The translations under genes were made by a program, and so were the position numbers. A stretch of 64,000 bases of DNA, taken from NCBI GenBank assembly GCA_050123235.1, contig JASFHL010000002.1, positions 79,326 through 143,325 of the forward strand. Direction: 5' to 3'. Positions within the stretch are counted from its first letter, which is position 1, and each line of letters begins with the position of its first letter. Shown piece after piece: positions 38,626 to 49,461 of the stretch. Source of the DNA: Candidatus Woesebacteria bacterium. Lineage in GTDB: Bacteria; Patescibacteriota; Microgenomatia; UBA1400; PJMF01. The notes under the pieces were generated by a model. The model did no database searches. It was not told the DNA's origin and saw nothing but the letters and a program-made list of their open reading frames with translations.

Positions 38626-39261
38626 ATGAAAAAGAAAAATGTTCATATTATTGATCATCCTTTTGTGATCGATTCTTTATCTCACTTACGAAATAAAGAT
38701 ACCAAAATTAAAAAATTTCGTCATCATTCTGATAAAATTTGCCAACTTTTATTTGCAGAAGCCATAAGAGGTCTAGATTTTAAAAAACAAAAGATTAAAA
38801 CACCACTCACAGTTACCACTGTCAAAAAATTAAAAGACGAAGTGATTATTGTCCCGATTCTACGTTCTGGCATTGCTATGTTATTTGGAGCCATGCACCT
38901 GTTGCCAAAATCAAAAGTGGGTTTTGTGGGTTTAGAAAGAGATGAACAAACAGCCATTGCTTATGAGTACTATTGGAAAATTCCTGCTGTGAGCAAAAAC
39001 TCAGTCATCATTATCACCGACCCCATGCTAGCTACTGGAGGTTCTATCCTGCATGTATTAAAAAAAATTTCTAGAGAAACAAAAGCAAAAGCCATCAGAA
39101 TTGTGAGTGTAGTTTGTGCTCCTGAAGGTATTAAAGCCATTCATAAAGAATTTCCTAAAATAGAAATCTTTACTGCAGCTGTAGACTCTCACCTAAATGA
39201 TATCAAGTTTATTGTACCAGGTTTAGGTGATTATGGTGACCGTTATTTTGGAACTGAATAA
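38626..39261 (+). CDS. upp: Uracil phosphoribosyltransferase
   Basis: DPMLATGGS PRPP motif and a typical UPRTase N-terminus (MKKKNVHIIDHPFV). Start at 38626 is preceded by an AGAGAGGGA RBS. Confidence 0.85.
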   Translation: MKKKNVHIIDHPFVIDSLSHLRNKDTKIKKFRHHSDKICQLLFAEAIRGLDFKKQKIKTPLTVTTVKKLKDEVIIVPILRSGIAMLFGAMHLLPKSKVGFVGLERDEQTAIAYEYYWKIPAVSKNSVIIITDPMLATGGSILHVLKKISRETKAKAIRIVSVVCAPEGIKAIHKEFPKIEIFTAAVDSHLNDIKFIVPGLGDYGDRYFGTE

Positions 39262-39364
39262 AGAATTAAAAAATTATTGGCTTTTTCAAGAAAATAAGAG
39301 TAAAATATAATCTTCATTAAGATCGCTATTATTTTTCCGTATTTTGCGAATCAAGATCAAAATT

Positions 39365-41191
39365 ATGCAAATCAGAAATATTGCTATTATTGCTCATGTT
39401 GACCACGGTAAAACCACCCTGATCGATGGTATGCTCAAGCAAACTGATACTTTCAGAATAAATCAGGCTGAAATGAGCCAGCATGCTATTTTAGACCAAA
39501 ATGATCTAGAAAAAGAAAAAGGCATCACTATTTTGGCAAAAAACACCGCTGTTTTTTATAAAGACTATAAAATCAATATCATTGATACTCCAGGCCATGC
39601 TGATTTTAGTGGAGAAGTAGAACGAGTCATTAACATGGCTGATGGAGCTTTACTAATAGTTGATGCTGCTGAAGGTCCTTTACCTCAAACCAAATTTGTT
39701 TTACAAAAAGCTATTGAACAAAATCTTAAAATAATAGTAATCATTAATAAAATTGATAGAAAAGATGCTCAGCCAGAACAAGCTCTTAAAAAAACAGAAG
39801 AATTGTTTTTAAACTTAGCAGACAACGATCAACAACTAATTTTTCCAGTCCTCTATGCTGCTGGTAGAGCTGGTAAGATTTGGCATAAACTACCAACTAA
39901 TATTGAAGAAGCAGCGGACCTAAGTCCTCTTTTTGAAGAAATTATCAAAACAATTCCCGAATCTCAGGCTGACGCGAATAAACCTTTTAAAATGTTAGTC
40001 TCCAACCTTGACTTTGATGATTATAAAGGCACATATGCAATTGGCAAAGTTTCACAAGGAATAATAAAAACAGGTCAAAACATTGTTCTCATGGATGAGA
40101 ATAAAATATTATCTCAACAAAAAATTCAGCATATTTTTACTAGTAGAGGATTATCTAGAGAAGAAATTGAAACTTGCCAAAGTGGAGACATCATTGCCAT
40201 TACCGGCATCAAAGATATTCGGATTGGCCAAACTATTGTGGATCCGATTGATCCTACTGGCTACCCTCGTATCCAAATTGGTGAAGCCACCATTAAAATC
40301 CAAATTTCTGCCAATAGCTCTCCTTTAGCTGGTAGAGAAGGGGACTTTGTCACTGCCAGACAATTAAAAGATCGATTAAAAAAAGAACAAAAGACTAACA
40401 TTGGCTTAAAAATTGAATCTCAGCAAAATGGCAAAGGTTTTATGGTAGCTGGGAGAGGAGAGCTACATCTAGCTATTTTAGTTGAAAACATGCGTAGAGA
40501 AGGTTATGAGATGGAAGTGGCTAAACCACAGGTGATTTTAAAAGAGATTAATGGCCAAGTTTCTGAACCTATTGAAGAATTGACCATCGAAATTGATCAA
40601 AATTTCGTTGGCATTATCACAGAAGAACTAGGTAAAAGAAAAGGTGAACTAATCGAAAGTTTCACCAATGATAAAGCAATTTCTAGAATGGTCTACAGAA
40701 TCGCCAGTAAGAATTTACTAGGATTTAGAAGTAAAATTCTAACTAAAACCAGAGGAAATGGCTTATTTAGCAGTCACTTTTTAGAATATCAGGCTATCGG
40801 TCCTAAAGCTAAAAAATTAAGAAATGGTGCTCTGGTGGCTAGTCATTCAGGTAACGCTACTAGCTATGCCTTAAGAACAGCCCAAAATCGTGGACTTACT
40901 TTCATTCCAGCTGGTAGCGAAGTCTACCAAGGGATGATTATTGGTTTAAATAAACAAAGCGAAGATATAGAAATCAACGTCACTAAGGCAAAAAAATTAA
41001 CAAATTTCCGTTCTAATGCAGATATTAGCGTCCCGCTAGAACCTCCTATGATCCTTAGCTTAGAGCAGTCTTTAGATTTTATTGAAGATGATGAACTTTT
41101 GGAAGTCACTCCTAAAAATTTAAGATTAAGAAAAAAATTCTTAGATAAGGGAGATCGAGTGAAGCAAGCTAAAAAGATGGCTTTGTCCTGA
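39365..41191 (+). CDS. typA: Translational GTPase TypA/BipA
   Basis: [25 protein letters not shown] and NKIDR GTPase motifs, and a length of about 600 aa characteristic of BipA. Confidence 0.85.
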   Translation: MQIRNIAIIAHVDHGKTTLIDGMLKQTDTFRINQAEMSQHAILDQNDLEKEKGITILAKNTAVFYKDYKINIIDTPGHADFSGEVERVINMADGALLIVDAAEGPLPQTKFVLQKAIEQNLKIIVIINKIDRKDAQPEQALKKTEELFLNLADNDQQLIFPVLYAAGRAGKIWHKLPTNIEEAADLSPLFEEIIKTIPESQADANKPFKMLVSNLDFDDYKGTYAIGKVSQGIIKTGQNIVLMDENKILSQQKIQHIFTSRGLSREEIETCQSGDIIAITGIKDIRIGQTIVDPIDPTGYPRIQIGEATIKIQISANSSPLAGREGDFVTARQLKDRLKKEQKTNIGLKIESQQNGKGFMVAGRGELHLAILVENMRREGYEMEVAKPQVILKEINGQVSEPIEELTIEIDQNFVGIITEELGKRKGELIESFTNDKAISRMVYRIASKNLLGFRSKILTKTRGNGLFSSHFLEYQAIGPKAKKLRNGALVASHSGNATSYALRTAQNRGLTFIPAGSEVYQGMIIGLNKQSEDIEINVTKAKKLTNFRSNADISVPLEPPMILSLEQSLDFIEDDELLEVTPKNLRLRKKFLDKGDRVKQAKKMALS

Positions 41192-41332
41192 TTGATCAAA
41201 AACTATTGGCTTAAGAGCCTAAATAGGATAATATTCTTAATATTGCATTATACAAGTCCTAAAAAAAGGGCTTTTTTTTGTTTTCCCGATAAAAAAAATT
41301 ATCTCTGTTTGATGTTTAATGGAGGATGATTT

Positions 41333-41407
41333 GTGAGTCAGCTGGGACTCGAACCCAGGACACCCTGCTTAAGAGGCAGGTGCTCTAACCAACTGAGCTA
41401 CTGACCC
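41333..41407 (-). tRNA. tRNA-Lys (anticodon CTT)
   Basis: Reverse complement: GGGTCAGTAGCTCAGTTGGTTAGAGC…, anticodon stem CCTGC/GCAGG with loop CT-CTT-AA, T-arm CTGGGTTCGAGTCCCAG. Confidence 0.75.
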
Positions 41408-41485
41408 TAACTATTTATTATTGTTTTATTTTCAAATAATCCGGACGTCCCAATTTTAAAAACTTAATTTCCTATCCAATATATG

Positions 41486-41578
41486 TGCCCAGGAGAGGAC
41501 TTGAACCTCCACGAAATAAATTCACAGCCTCCTCAAGACTGCGCGTCTACCAGTTCCGCCACCTGGGCTAATAGATTT
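41486..41578 (-). tRNA. tRNA-Leu (anticodon GAG), long variable arm
   Basis: Reverse complement: GCCCAGGTGGCGGAACTGGTAGACGC…, anticodon loop TT-GAG-GA, long variable arm, T-arm GGAGGTTCAAGTCCTCT. Confidence 0.75.
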
Positions 41579-41638
41579 ATATATTATAAAACCAATCATC
41601 CTGAAGCTCAAATCAAGAAATCACAAAAATCAAGTCTG

Positions 41639-41723
41639 TGCCGAAGAGAGGATTTGAACCTCCACCCCGCTAAGCAGGACACGCTTCTGAGGCGTGCGCG
41701 TCTACCAATTCCGCCACTTCGGC
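41639..41723 (-). tRNA. tRNA-Leu (anticodon CAG), long variable arm
   Basis: Reverse complement: GCCGAAGTGGCGGAATTGGTAGACGC…, anticodon stem CACGC/GCGTG with loop CT-CAG-AA, T-arm GGAGGTTCAAATCCTCT. Track ORFs 41483..41878 and 41608..41814 over the tRNAs are spurious. Confidence 0.8.
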
Positions 41724-41740
41724 TGAAATTTAAGAAGTTG

Positions 41741-42460
41741 TTATTTAGTAACCAATGCTTTATAACGTGTAATTGGTCCAAATTTACGATAAAAAGCTTC
41801 CAAGATAAGTTCAACAGTTCTATTGATGGTAAAGTAATTAGTATTAATAGTCAAATCATAAGAATTAGCTGCATCTAATTTTTTTCTAAAATATTGCTTT
41901 ACAAAGTCCTTTCTTTCTTTTTCTTCCTTAGCAATCACTTTTTTTGCTTGTTGTCTAGTAAAGCCTTCAAACTCCATGGCTCTATTGACTCTCACCGCAT
42001 AAGGAGCCACTACGTTTACATGAAGGCCTCTGGCAAAAGGACAGATGAAATTAGCCCCTCTGCCCAGAATTACCACATGACCCTTATGAGCATAGGCCAA
42101 AATAATTCTCGTTAATTCTTTCAAGTAAGTAATATTATCAACATAATCAGGATTTAGAATAGAGTGAACAATATCATTAATTCTAGTCCTACTTTTCTCG
42201 TCAATTTCTCTAATAATAGCTTTACTTTTTTTAATTGAATGAGAAATATCATCAATAATTTGCTCATCAACAAAGATAAAATCTAATTTTTGAGCTAACT
42301 TTTTGGCAATAGGAGCGCCACCACTACCCGGCTCACGAGCTATGGTAATAAAGGGCTTAGTAAAGATCTCCCCATTTTCCTGATAACTCTCCAGTAATTT
42401 ATCTTTCAGCTTCATCGCAGTGATCATTTTATTGACCAAGGGATAATAGTGAATCTTCAT
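41741..42460 (-). CDS. Cytidylate kinase-like family protein (P-loop NTPase)
   Basis: ITIAREPGSGGAPIAKKLAQKLDFIFVDEQII resembles the 'cytidylate kinase-like' family N-terminus (ITIsREyGSGGreIAkkLA). Confidence 0.5.
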   Translation of the reverse strand: MKIHYYPLVNKMITAMKLKDKLLESYQENGEIFTKPFITIAREPGSGGAPIAKKLAQKLDFIFVDEQIIDDISHSIKKSKAIIREIDEKSRTRINDIVHSILNPDYVDNITYLKELTRIILAYAHKGHVVILGRGANFICPFARGLHVNVVAPYAVRVNRAMEFEGFTRQQAKKVIAKEEKERKDFVKQYFRKKLDAANSYDLTINTNYFTINRTVELILEAFYRKFGPITRYKALVTK

Positions 42461-42501
42461 ACTTTGTATTATAACGTTTTTTTTGGAAAAAGCATGATTA
42501 T

Positions 42502-42885
42502 TTAATTAAAAAATTGACTGTTTAAAGGAATCTTATCTAGAGCGTCTAAAAGGCCATTTCTTCTAAAAAAACTTTGTTTAGAAACATAAGTGACTCCCTC
42601 TTGTTGAGCTAGCCCACGGCCAGATCTTTGATCATAAGAAAAAATAAAAACTGCTAAATTTAAAGCTAAAGCAGCTTGCATATAGACCTTCCAATCTTCT
42701 CCAGTTAAAGTAGTGATAATCAATAAGCTTGCTTTAGCTTCTTCTAAGATTCTTTCCGCCTCTTCCACTTGCCCAACTTCTTCAACTTTTACAGCTTTAT
42801 AACCTTTAAAACGTAAAGCTGTAATGAGCACTTTTTCTAAATTACAATCTCCCTGTAAAATTGCAGCTCTAGGTCTTTCTTCCAT
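42502..42885 (-). CDS. Hypothetical protein
   Basis: ORF only. Faint resemblance to a receiver-like alpha/beta fold, with no conserved motif. Confidence 0.3.
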   Translation of the reverse strand: MEERPRAAILQGDCNLEKVLITALRFKGYKAVKVEEVGQVEEAERILEEAKASLLIITTLTGEDWKVYMQAALALNLAVFIFSYDQRSGRGLAQQEGVTYVSKQSFFRRNGLLDALDKIPLNSQFFN

Positions 42886-43029
42886 AAAATTAATTTCCTT
42901 TTTACATATTTATTATGTCGATATTGTCTCAACAATTATAAAATAAATTTAAAAAAAACCAAAGAATCTTTATTCCTAAACAGAATTAGCCATCACGAAA
43001 TGTTATAATTTAATGGTTCTTTAAACTCT

Positions 43030-43103
43030 GCCTCAGTAGCTCAGTGGATTAGAGCGCCGGTCTTCGGAACCGGGCGTCGGGGGTTCGAATCCCTCCTGAG
43101 GCA
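43030..43103 (+). tRNA. tRNA-Arg (anticodon TCG)
   Basis: GCCTCAGTAGCTCAGTGGATTAGAGC…, anticodon stem CCGGT/ACCGG with loop CT-TCG-GA, T-arm GGGGGTTCGAATCCCTC. Confidence 0.8.
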
Positions 43104-43131
43104 CCTTACTAATTAGCTCCTAAAATAAATT

Positions 43132-44028
43132 ATGAAAATCATTTCTGGACTATCCAACCTCAAATTAGCTCAAAAAATTGCCAACAAGCTTAATTTAAGT
43201 ATAGTAGATTGTGAAATTTCTAATTTTAAAAATGAAGAAAAAAGAATCTGGATCAAAGAAAATTTGAGAAGTGAAAATATTACCTTAGTTCAATCCTTTT
43301 CCTCTCCAGTTGATAGCCATATCATTGAAACTCTACTCATAACAGATGCGCTGGAAAGAATGGGTGCTAGGCACGTTAATCTTTTAGTTCCTTGGATGGG
43401 CTATTCCTTGCAAGACAAAGTCTTTAGAGAAGGAGAACCAATTGCTGCCAAAATGGTTGCCAACATTCTTTCAAATACTTATATTAGAAGAGTTTTCTTA
43501 TTAGATCTTCATAATAATAGTATTCCTGGATTTTTTTCAATCCCTACTCATCACTTATCAGCCATGGATATTTTTGCAGATTATATAAAAGAAAATTTTG
43601 ATTTAAAAAAAGCTATTATTGCCAGTCCTGACTTTGGCGGCTTAAAAAGAGCTAGATCTTTTGCTAACAAACTTGGATTAGATTTGATTAATATTGATAA
43701 ACACCGTGATTTAAAAACTGGAAAAGTAACAGCTGTTGGCTTACATGGAAAAACAAAAAACAAGACTGTTTTCCTTTTTGATGATGTGATTATGTCCGGT
43801 GGAACAGTAGTTGAGTCTGCTAAAATACTTAAAAAAGAAGGAGCAAAGCAAGTTCACTTTTTAGCAACACATGCTGTTTTATGTGATAATGCTATCCAAA
43901 AGATTCAAAAATCAAAAATTGATAGTGTGGTAGTCACTAATTCCATTTACCACAAAAAAATTAATGATAGAATAAAGACTCTTGATGTTTCACCTATTTT
44001 TGCTGAAGCAATTAAGCAATGGCTATAA
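43132..44028 (+). CDS. prs: Ribose-phosphate pyrophosphokinase
   Basis: DLHNNSIPGFF (compare DLHA.QIQGFF) and PRPP-binding loop FLFDDVIMSGGTV. Confidence 0.8.
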   Translation: MKIISGLSNLKLAQKIANKLNLSIVDCEISNFKNEEKRIWIKENLRSENITLVQSFSSPVDSHIIETLLITDALERMGARHVNLLVPWMGYSLQDKVFREGEPIAAKMVANILSNTYIRRVFLLDLHNNSIPGFFSIPTHHLSAMDIFADYIKENFDLKKAIIASPDFGGLKRARSFANKLGLDLINIDKHRDLKTGKVTAVGLHGKTKNKTVFLFDDVIMSGGTVVESAKILKKEGAKQVHFLATHAVLCDNAIQKIQKSKIDSVVVTNSIYHKKINDRIKTLDVSPIFAEAIKQWL

Positions 44029-44040
44029 AATCTTGATATT

Positions 44041-45276
44041 ATGAAAATGTCTCAATTGGCTTTTAGGCCTCTCAAAAATCCACCGGCTAATGCTGATACT
44101 CTTAACCATGCACTCTTAGTGCAAGCTGGTTTTGTGCGTCAACTCATGGCTGGAGTATACAGTTACACTCCTTTAGGCCTGAAAGTTCTCAATAAAATCA
44201 GGAATGTGATTAGAGAGGAAATGAATGCGATAGGTGGCCAAGAAATCCTCATGCCTTCTTTGCATCCAAGTAAAAATTGGAAACAAACCGGAGCTTGGGA
44301 TGGAGTTGATGTGCTTTTTAAAATCAAGAGCAGAACTGATAGAGATTATGCTCTTGGTCAAAGTCATGAAGAAGTAGTCACTCCTTTAGCCAAAGATATT
44401 ATTAAAAGCTACCGCGATCTTCCTTTGGCTTTATATCAAATCCATTGGAAATTTAGAGATGAACTTAGAGCTAAATCAGGTATTTTAAGAGGCAGAGAGT
44501 TTGAGATGAAAGATATGTATAGTTTTCACGAAACTCAATCGGATTTTGATAAATTTTACCAAAAAGTCAAGGATGCTTATCTTAAAGCTTATAAAAAAAT
44601 TGATCTAGTTGCCAAAGTCACTGAAGCTTCTGGAGGCAGTTTTTCCAACAAGATTTCTTATGAGTTTATGGTCTTAACTGATGCCGGCGAAGATGATATT
44701 TATTATTGTTCTAACTGTGAATTTTGTGTAAATAGTGAGATTGCCAAGAAAAAAGCAGGCGATATTTGTCCTAACTGTAAAAAAGCAAAACTAAAAGCAG
44801 CTCGCGCTTCTGAAGTAGGTAATGTCTTTGACTTGGGTCAAAAATATAGCAAAGATTTTGATTTAAGCTACACTAATCAAAAAGGTGAAAAAAAGCAACC
44901 TATCATGGGTTGCTATGGTTGGGGTACTACCAGAACCATGGGTGTGGTAGTAGAAAAATCAAATGATAAACGCGGGATTATCTGGCCTAAAGCCATTGCT
45001 CCTTTCCAGCTACATCTAATTTCGATTAAAGGGGCAGAACAAGAAGCAAAAAAACTTTATCAGCAATTGCTAGCAGAAAAAATAGAAATCATTTGGGATG
45101 ACCGTGATGAAAATCCTGGTAGTAAGTTTGCTGACGCAGATTTAATTGGTATACCAGTAAGATTAGTAGTGTCATTGAAAAATAAAAATAAGGTTGAATG
45201 GAAAGAGAGAGATAAAGAAAAAACTAAATTAATCAAGTCTAAAGAACTAATTAAAAGATTAAAAGCATCTTCATGA
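44041..45276 (+). CDS. proS: Prolyl-tRNA synthetase (short form without an insertion/editing domain)
   Basis: Class II motifs: motif 1 region LLVQAGFVRQLMAGVYSYTPLGLKVLNKIRNVIREEM, and motif 2 HWKFRDELRAKSGILRGREFEMKDMYSF. Confidence 0.75.
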   Translation: MKMSQLAFRPLKNPPANADTLNHALLVQAGFVRQLMAGVYSYTPLGLKVLNKIRNVIREEMNAIGGQEILMPSLHPSKNWKQTGAWDGVDVLFKIKSRTDRDYALGQSHEEVVTPLAKDIIKSYRDLPLALYQIHWKFRDELRAKSGILRGREFEMKDMYSFHETQSDFDKFYQKVKDAYLKAYKKIDLVAKVTEASGGSFSNKISYEFMVLTDAGEDDIYYCSNCEFCVNSEIAKKKAGDICPNCKKAKLKAARASEVGNVFDLGQKYSKDFDLSYTNQKGEKKQPIMGCYGWGTTRTMGVVVEKSNDKRGIIWPKAIAPFQLHLISIKGAEQEAKKLYQQLLAEKIEIIWDDRDENPGSKFADADLIGIPVRLVVSLKNKNKVEWKERDKEKTKLIKSKELIKRLKASS

Positions 45277-45620
45277 ATCGCGACTATAAAAATCTTGTTT
45301 TTACTAAACATGCGCTAGATCGTTTAAAAAGTCGTTCTCTAACTCAAGAGCATATTTATCAAACTATTAATTTTCCTGATCTTAGTAAGAAATCTAGACA
45401 AGCAGGTACTAAAAAATTTATAAAAAAAATAAAGGGTCGTAAAGTTCATAGTATAGCAAGTTTTTTAGATGATCAAAAAAAATGGCTGGTGATTTCTGTT
45501 TGGGTGAGAGGAGAGGAAGATAAATTGCCATTTATCTGGCAATTTATCACTTTGCCTTTTAAATTATTTATTAAAATTTTGAAATTAATTATCAAGCAGT
45601 TTTTAAAAAATAAAAAATGA
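45273..45620 (+). CDS. Hypothetical small protein
   Basis: 115 aa with a basic C-terminus. No confident motif. Confidence 0.3.
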   Translation: MNRDYKNLVFTKHALDRLKSRSLTQEHIYQTINFPDLSKKSRQAGTKKFIKKIKGRKVHSIASFLDDQKKWLVISVWVRGEEDKLPFIWQFITLPFKLFIKILKLIIKQFLKNKK

Positions 45621-45830
45621 AATTAGTTCAATTTTTTACTGCGAAAATTGCAAAAAATATCTAGTCTTATAAAAAATATTTTCTTCAATCTTATAAAAAA
45701 CTATATACCTTCTAATCAATCTTTTTTCCTTATGGGTTTTTTCTGTAAAAAAGTATATAGTACTAAATACTACCCGGTGAGGGGTCCACTACAAATTACC
45801 AGATTTCATATCTAAGAAATCCAGGGATTT

Positions 45831-46739
45831 GTGGTGGTTTTATTATTAAGATATACTATTAAAGTGCAAAAGAAAAAATTGATTGTCACTCACCATGCTC
45901 CTGATCCTGATGCTATTGCTGCTGTTTGGCTTTTAAAAAACTTTGATAGTCAGCATTATGCTGATGCTAGAGTTGCTTTTGTTAATCCTGGAGAAAAAAT
46001 TGATCTAGAAGAAGCAGAAAAATATCAAGCACAACTTCATGAGATAACTTTTGTTGATACTGGTCATGGAGAATTTGATCATCATCAACCATCCAGAGCT
46101 AAAAAAAAAATTTGTGCTTCTTCATTAGTATTTGACTATATTTGCAAATTGCATCCTGAAAGAAAAGAAGATAAAGCCCTTCAAGAATTAGTTGCATTCA
46201 TTAATGATCTAGATCATTTTGGAGAAATATATTGGCCAGAACCTACTCATACTCGTTATGTTTTCATGCTCCATGAGTTAATCAGAGGACATGAATATAC
46301 AGATCCTCATAATGATGATTCACAAATGCATTTTGGACTTAAATGCCTAGACTATGCTTATGCAGCTTTAAAAAAATCAATCAGAGCTGCTGAAGCTATT
46401 GAACAAAAAGGCATAGAATTTGACATCCAAGGTGGTAAGGCTTTGGCAATTGAAACTAGAAATGACGATGCTATTAAAAGAGCTCAAAAAATGGGTTTCT
46501 TATTAGTGATTAGTAAAGATAGTAAACAAGGTAATATCAGAATTAAAGCCAGACCAGATGCTAAATTTAATCTTGATAAACTTTATCAAGCAATCAAAAA
46601 AATTGATCATAAAGGAACTTGGTTTTACCATGGTGGCGGCAAAATGTTACTTAACGGTTCTAGGAAAAAACGTAATCATCTGGCTAGCCCATTAACCTTA
46701 GAAGAAACTATGAAATTAGTAAAGGAGCATTATGCATAA
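45831..46739 (+). CDS. Hypothetical protein, possibly a DHH-superfamily phosphoesterase-like N-terminus
   Basis: LIVTHHAPDPDAIAAVWLL resembles DHH motifs I/II (H-x-x-P-D-x-D-a-i-g-s). The start codon is uncertain; GTG at 45831 lies within a hairpin. Confidence 0.3.
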   Translation: MVVLLLRYTIKVQKKKLIVTHHAPDPDAIAAVWLLKNFDSQHYADARVAFVNPGEKIDLEEAEKYQAQLHEITFVDTGHGEFDHHQPSRAKKKICASSLVFDYICKLHPERKEDKALQELVAFINDLDHFGEIYWPEPTHTRYVFMLHELIRGHEYTDPHNDDSQMHFGLKCLDYAYAALKKSIRAAEAIEQKGIEFDIQGGKALAIETRNDDAIKRAQKMGFLLVISKDSKQGNIRIKARPDAKFNLDKLYQAIKKIDHKGTWFYHGGGKMLLNGSRKKRNHLASPLTLEETMKLVKEHYA

Positions 46740-47202
46740 AGATGATTGCGTTTTTTGTCAAATTGCTAAAGGAGAAATGCCTTGTCACAAAGTATGGGAA
46801 GATGAAAAACATCTTGCTTTTTTATCAATCTTTCCTAATACCGAAGGTTTCACCGTCATCGCCCCCAAAGAGCATTATTCTAGCTATGCTTTCGAACAGG
46901 AAAATCAAGTATTATCAGAACTAATAATTGCTACCAAGAAAACGGCTCAAGTCTTGGATAAGTTTTTCAAAGATGTAAATCGTTGTGGGATGTTTTTTGA
47001 AGGCTATGGGGTTGATCATCTTCATAGTAAACTTTTTCCAATGCATGGCACTGTAGCAATAGATGAGTGGCAAAATATAGAAAGTAAAGGGTTTGACCAA
47101 TATTTTGATCAATATCCTGGTTATCTTTGTTCAAATAATTCCAAAAGGGCGGATGATAAAAAATTGGCTAAATTAGCTAAAGCCATTAGAGATTCTTATT
47201 AA
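46732..47202 (+). CDS. HIT (histidine triad) family protein
   Basis: N-terminal CVFCQI-like segment and histidine-triad-like VDHLHSKLFP, in a HIT-sized protein. Confidence 0.55.
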   Translation: MHKDDCVFCQIAKGEMPCHKVWEDEKHLAFLSIFPNTEGFTVIAPKEHYSSYAFEQENQVLSELIIATKKTAQVLDKFFKDVNRCGMFFEGYGVDHLHSKLFPMHGTVAIDEWQNIESKGFDQYFDQYPGYLCSNNSKRADDKKLAKLAKAIRDSY

Positions 47203-47304
47203 AATCAAAGATACTCTCCCAGAAAGTTTAACTTTGAGATATAATACAGCACTATCTTTATTAGAAAACAAATTAATCAATAAATCAAAATATTTGGATA
47301 GGAG

Positions 47305-47565
47305 GTGTTCAACTTGCCAATTATTGTCAAAGCTAAAAAGAATGATTCTACTAGTGACTTGATTAAAAAATTCAAAAAAATGGTTGCAGCTAGTGACGTA
47401 GTACAAATCTGCAAAGATAGAAGATATCATCAAAAGCCTTCCAAAACTAAATCTGTGAATATAGCACAATATAAACGTTTAAGAAAAAGAATGCGTTCAC
47501 TCAAAAAAATGAAAAATACTTCAGCCTCAGTTCTAGAGAGAATGGCAGAAAGATTGAACGCTTAA
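47305..47565 (+). CDS. rpsU: 30S ribosomal protein S21
   Basis: MPIIVKAKKND…, a basic C-terminus and a size typical of S21. The real start is probably TTG at 47314, 9 nt downstream of a GGAGG RBS. Confidence 0.7.
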   Translation: MFNLPIIVKAKKNDSTSDLIKKFKKMVAASDVVQICKDRRYHQKPSKTKSVNIAQYKRLRKRMRSLKKMKNTSASVLERMAERLNA

Positions 47566-47604
47566 AAATAACTGAAACTAGATTTAGTCTCAAGCTTAGA
47601 TTAA

Positions 47605-48267
47605 TTATTTTCTAGATTTGATCCTTGCCTTAATCATGAATTCCCATTGATCACCATCACTGGTATCAAAACTAGTGGAATTGGTTAATTGATATAAATT
47701 TAATAAGTGGTTACTCAAAGATTCTTCGATTTCTTTACGTTGTTCATTTAATTCTGAGACTTCTACTCTTAAATTCGTTACCTGAGGATCAGCTTGCAAT
47801 TGACTTTTCCTAGCTTTGACCTCATGAGTATAACTATCAGCTTGCTGTTTTGCTTCCGTCAATTTGCTATCATTATCAAAAACATTTCTCAAACTTTCTC
47901 TTTTTTCTTTAAGTTCTGCTTTAATTTTCATCAATTCTTCTGCATTACGTTCAATTAAATTTTGTAAAGAAGTAAGGGTAGTAGCTAATTGATCAGATGC
48001 TGCTAATTCATCATCCTGATTATTGGCATCACTGACTTTATCATCATTAGTCGCAGAATTCTGAGAAACTTGCGACAAAGCTTCCAGAGCTAAATCATCT
48101 CCAGACTTGAGTTTTGGCTCAGTTTTTCCTTCTCCCAATTGCGCTGTTTTACTTTGGGCAAGTTTTTTTTGTTTATTAATTGCTAACTGTTTTTGTTGAT
48201 CATCTGTCATAATATTTTTCCTTTCTGTTACCTTAAAACTTATAACAAGTTCTAGAAAACACTGCAA
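47605..48267 (-). CDS. Hypothetical acidic coiled-coil protein
   Basis: Q/E/L-rich heptad-like sequence. No motif. Confidence 0.35.
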   Translation of the reverse strand: MQCFLELVISFKVTERKNIMTDDQQKQLAINKQKKLAQSKTAQLGEGKTEPKLKSGDDLALEALSQVSQNSATNDDKVSDANNQDDELAASDQLATTLTSLQNLIERNAEELMKIKAELKEKRESLRNVFDNDSKLTEAKQQADSYTHEVKARKSQLQADPQVTNLRVEVSELNEQRKEIEESLSNHLLNLYQLTNSTSFDTSDGDQWEFMIKARIKSRK

Positions 48268-48328
48268 GCCTCATAATTCTTATTTTCTAACTCTTTTGCT
48301 TTTAAAAAACTAATCGATTATACTAATG

Positions 48329-48654
48329 AGAGTGCGCAACCGGGTAATGTGCTTCAATTTGAAGAGGAAAGTCCGGACAGCAGAACGACAGGTGTCCTGC
48401 GAAAGTGGGAGACTCGCCTTAGGCGAGGACAGTAAGAGCAACAGTGACGATAGCCGTGGCGGGCTGTGAAACGACCAAGTGACTGGGTTATCCCGATTTT
48501 CGGGGTAGGCAATCCTCCCTGCTGCAACTAGCGAACTTTACCTTATTGGATTCGTTCCCTATATTTATTTGGCTTGCCAAATCTTAAGGTAATAAAGACT
48601 AGGCCTAGATAGATCATTACTTAAACAGAATCCGGCTTACGAGTTGCGCACTAT
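48329..48654 (+). ncRNA. rnpB: RNase P RNA (bacterial type, compact)
   Basis: P1 pairing AGTGCGCAAC (48331-40) with GTTGCGCACT (48643-52). P4 strand GAGGAAAGTCCGGAC. Conserved ACAGTAAGAGCAACAGTGACG and GGCAATCCTCCC segments. Confidence 0.85.
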
Positions 48655-48663
48655 TTAAATTTT

Positions 48664-49461
48664 ATGGATATTTCTCAAGCTATTTTACTAGGAATAATAC
48701 AGGGGATTACTGAATTTTTACCAATTTCTAGTTCTGGACATCTTGTCATTTTTCAACAATTATTAGGTCATGCTGAACCTCAGTTAACCTTTGATACCTT
48801 TCTACACTTAGCTACTCTATTAGCAATTATCATTTTCTTTTTTGCTGAAATTATTAAAATTAGAAAAAAAAGCCTAGTTCTATTGATAATAGCCACCATC
48901 CCTATTACAATTTTTGGTTTATTAATTAATCATTATGGTGAATTTTTATTTAGCTCAATTCCGTTAGTTGCTATTACCTTAGGTATTACTGGAATCATTA
49001 ATTTGCTCACTGATAGAAAACTGGAGAAAAGGAAACAAGAACAAAAAACTAAAACAGAAATAAAACGCTCAGATGCTTTAATTATTGGAATTTTCCAAGC
49101 ATTAGCTGTAATCCCAGGAATTTCTAGGTCTGGATCTACTTTATTTGCAAGTATTAATCAGAAACTAGATAGACAAACAGCTTTTAATTTTTCTTTCCTA
49201 CTAGCCATCCCCGCTATTTTAGGTGCTGTTATATTACAATCAATTAAACTTTATCAACAAGGATTTAATATAGCACAGCCAATTAATTTCCTTGCTGGTG
49301 GAATAGCTGCTTTTTTTAGTGGTTTATTAAGCTTAGCTTTCCTAAACTTTGTAATTAAAAAGGCACGCTTTGAATGGTTTGCTCTTTACTGTATTACTCT
49401 TTCTGTTATTACTATGTTTCTTTTTATTAATCTAAAATATTCTTGGCTATCCTGTAACTAA
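48664..49461 (+). CDS. uppP: Undecaprenyl-diphosphatase
   Basis: ILLGIIQGITEFLPISSSGHL and PGISRSG motifs of BacA/UppP. Confidence 0.85.
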   Translation: MDISQAILLGIIQGITEFLPISSSGHLVIFQQLLGHAEPQLTFDTFLHLATLLAIIIFFFAEIIKIRKKSLVLLIIATIPITIFGLLINHYGEFLFSSIPLVAITLGITGIINLLTDRKLEKRKQEQKTKTEIKRSDALIIGIFQALAVIPGISRSGSTLFASINQKLDRQTAFNFSFLLAIPAILGAVILQSIKLYQQGFNIAQPINFLAGGIAAFFSGLLSLAFLNFVIKKARFEWFALYCITLSVITMFLFINLKYSWLSCN

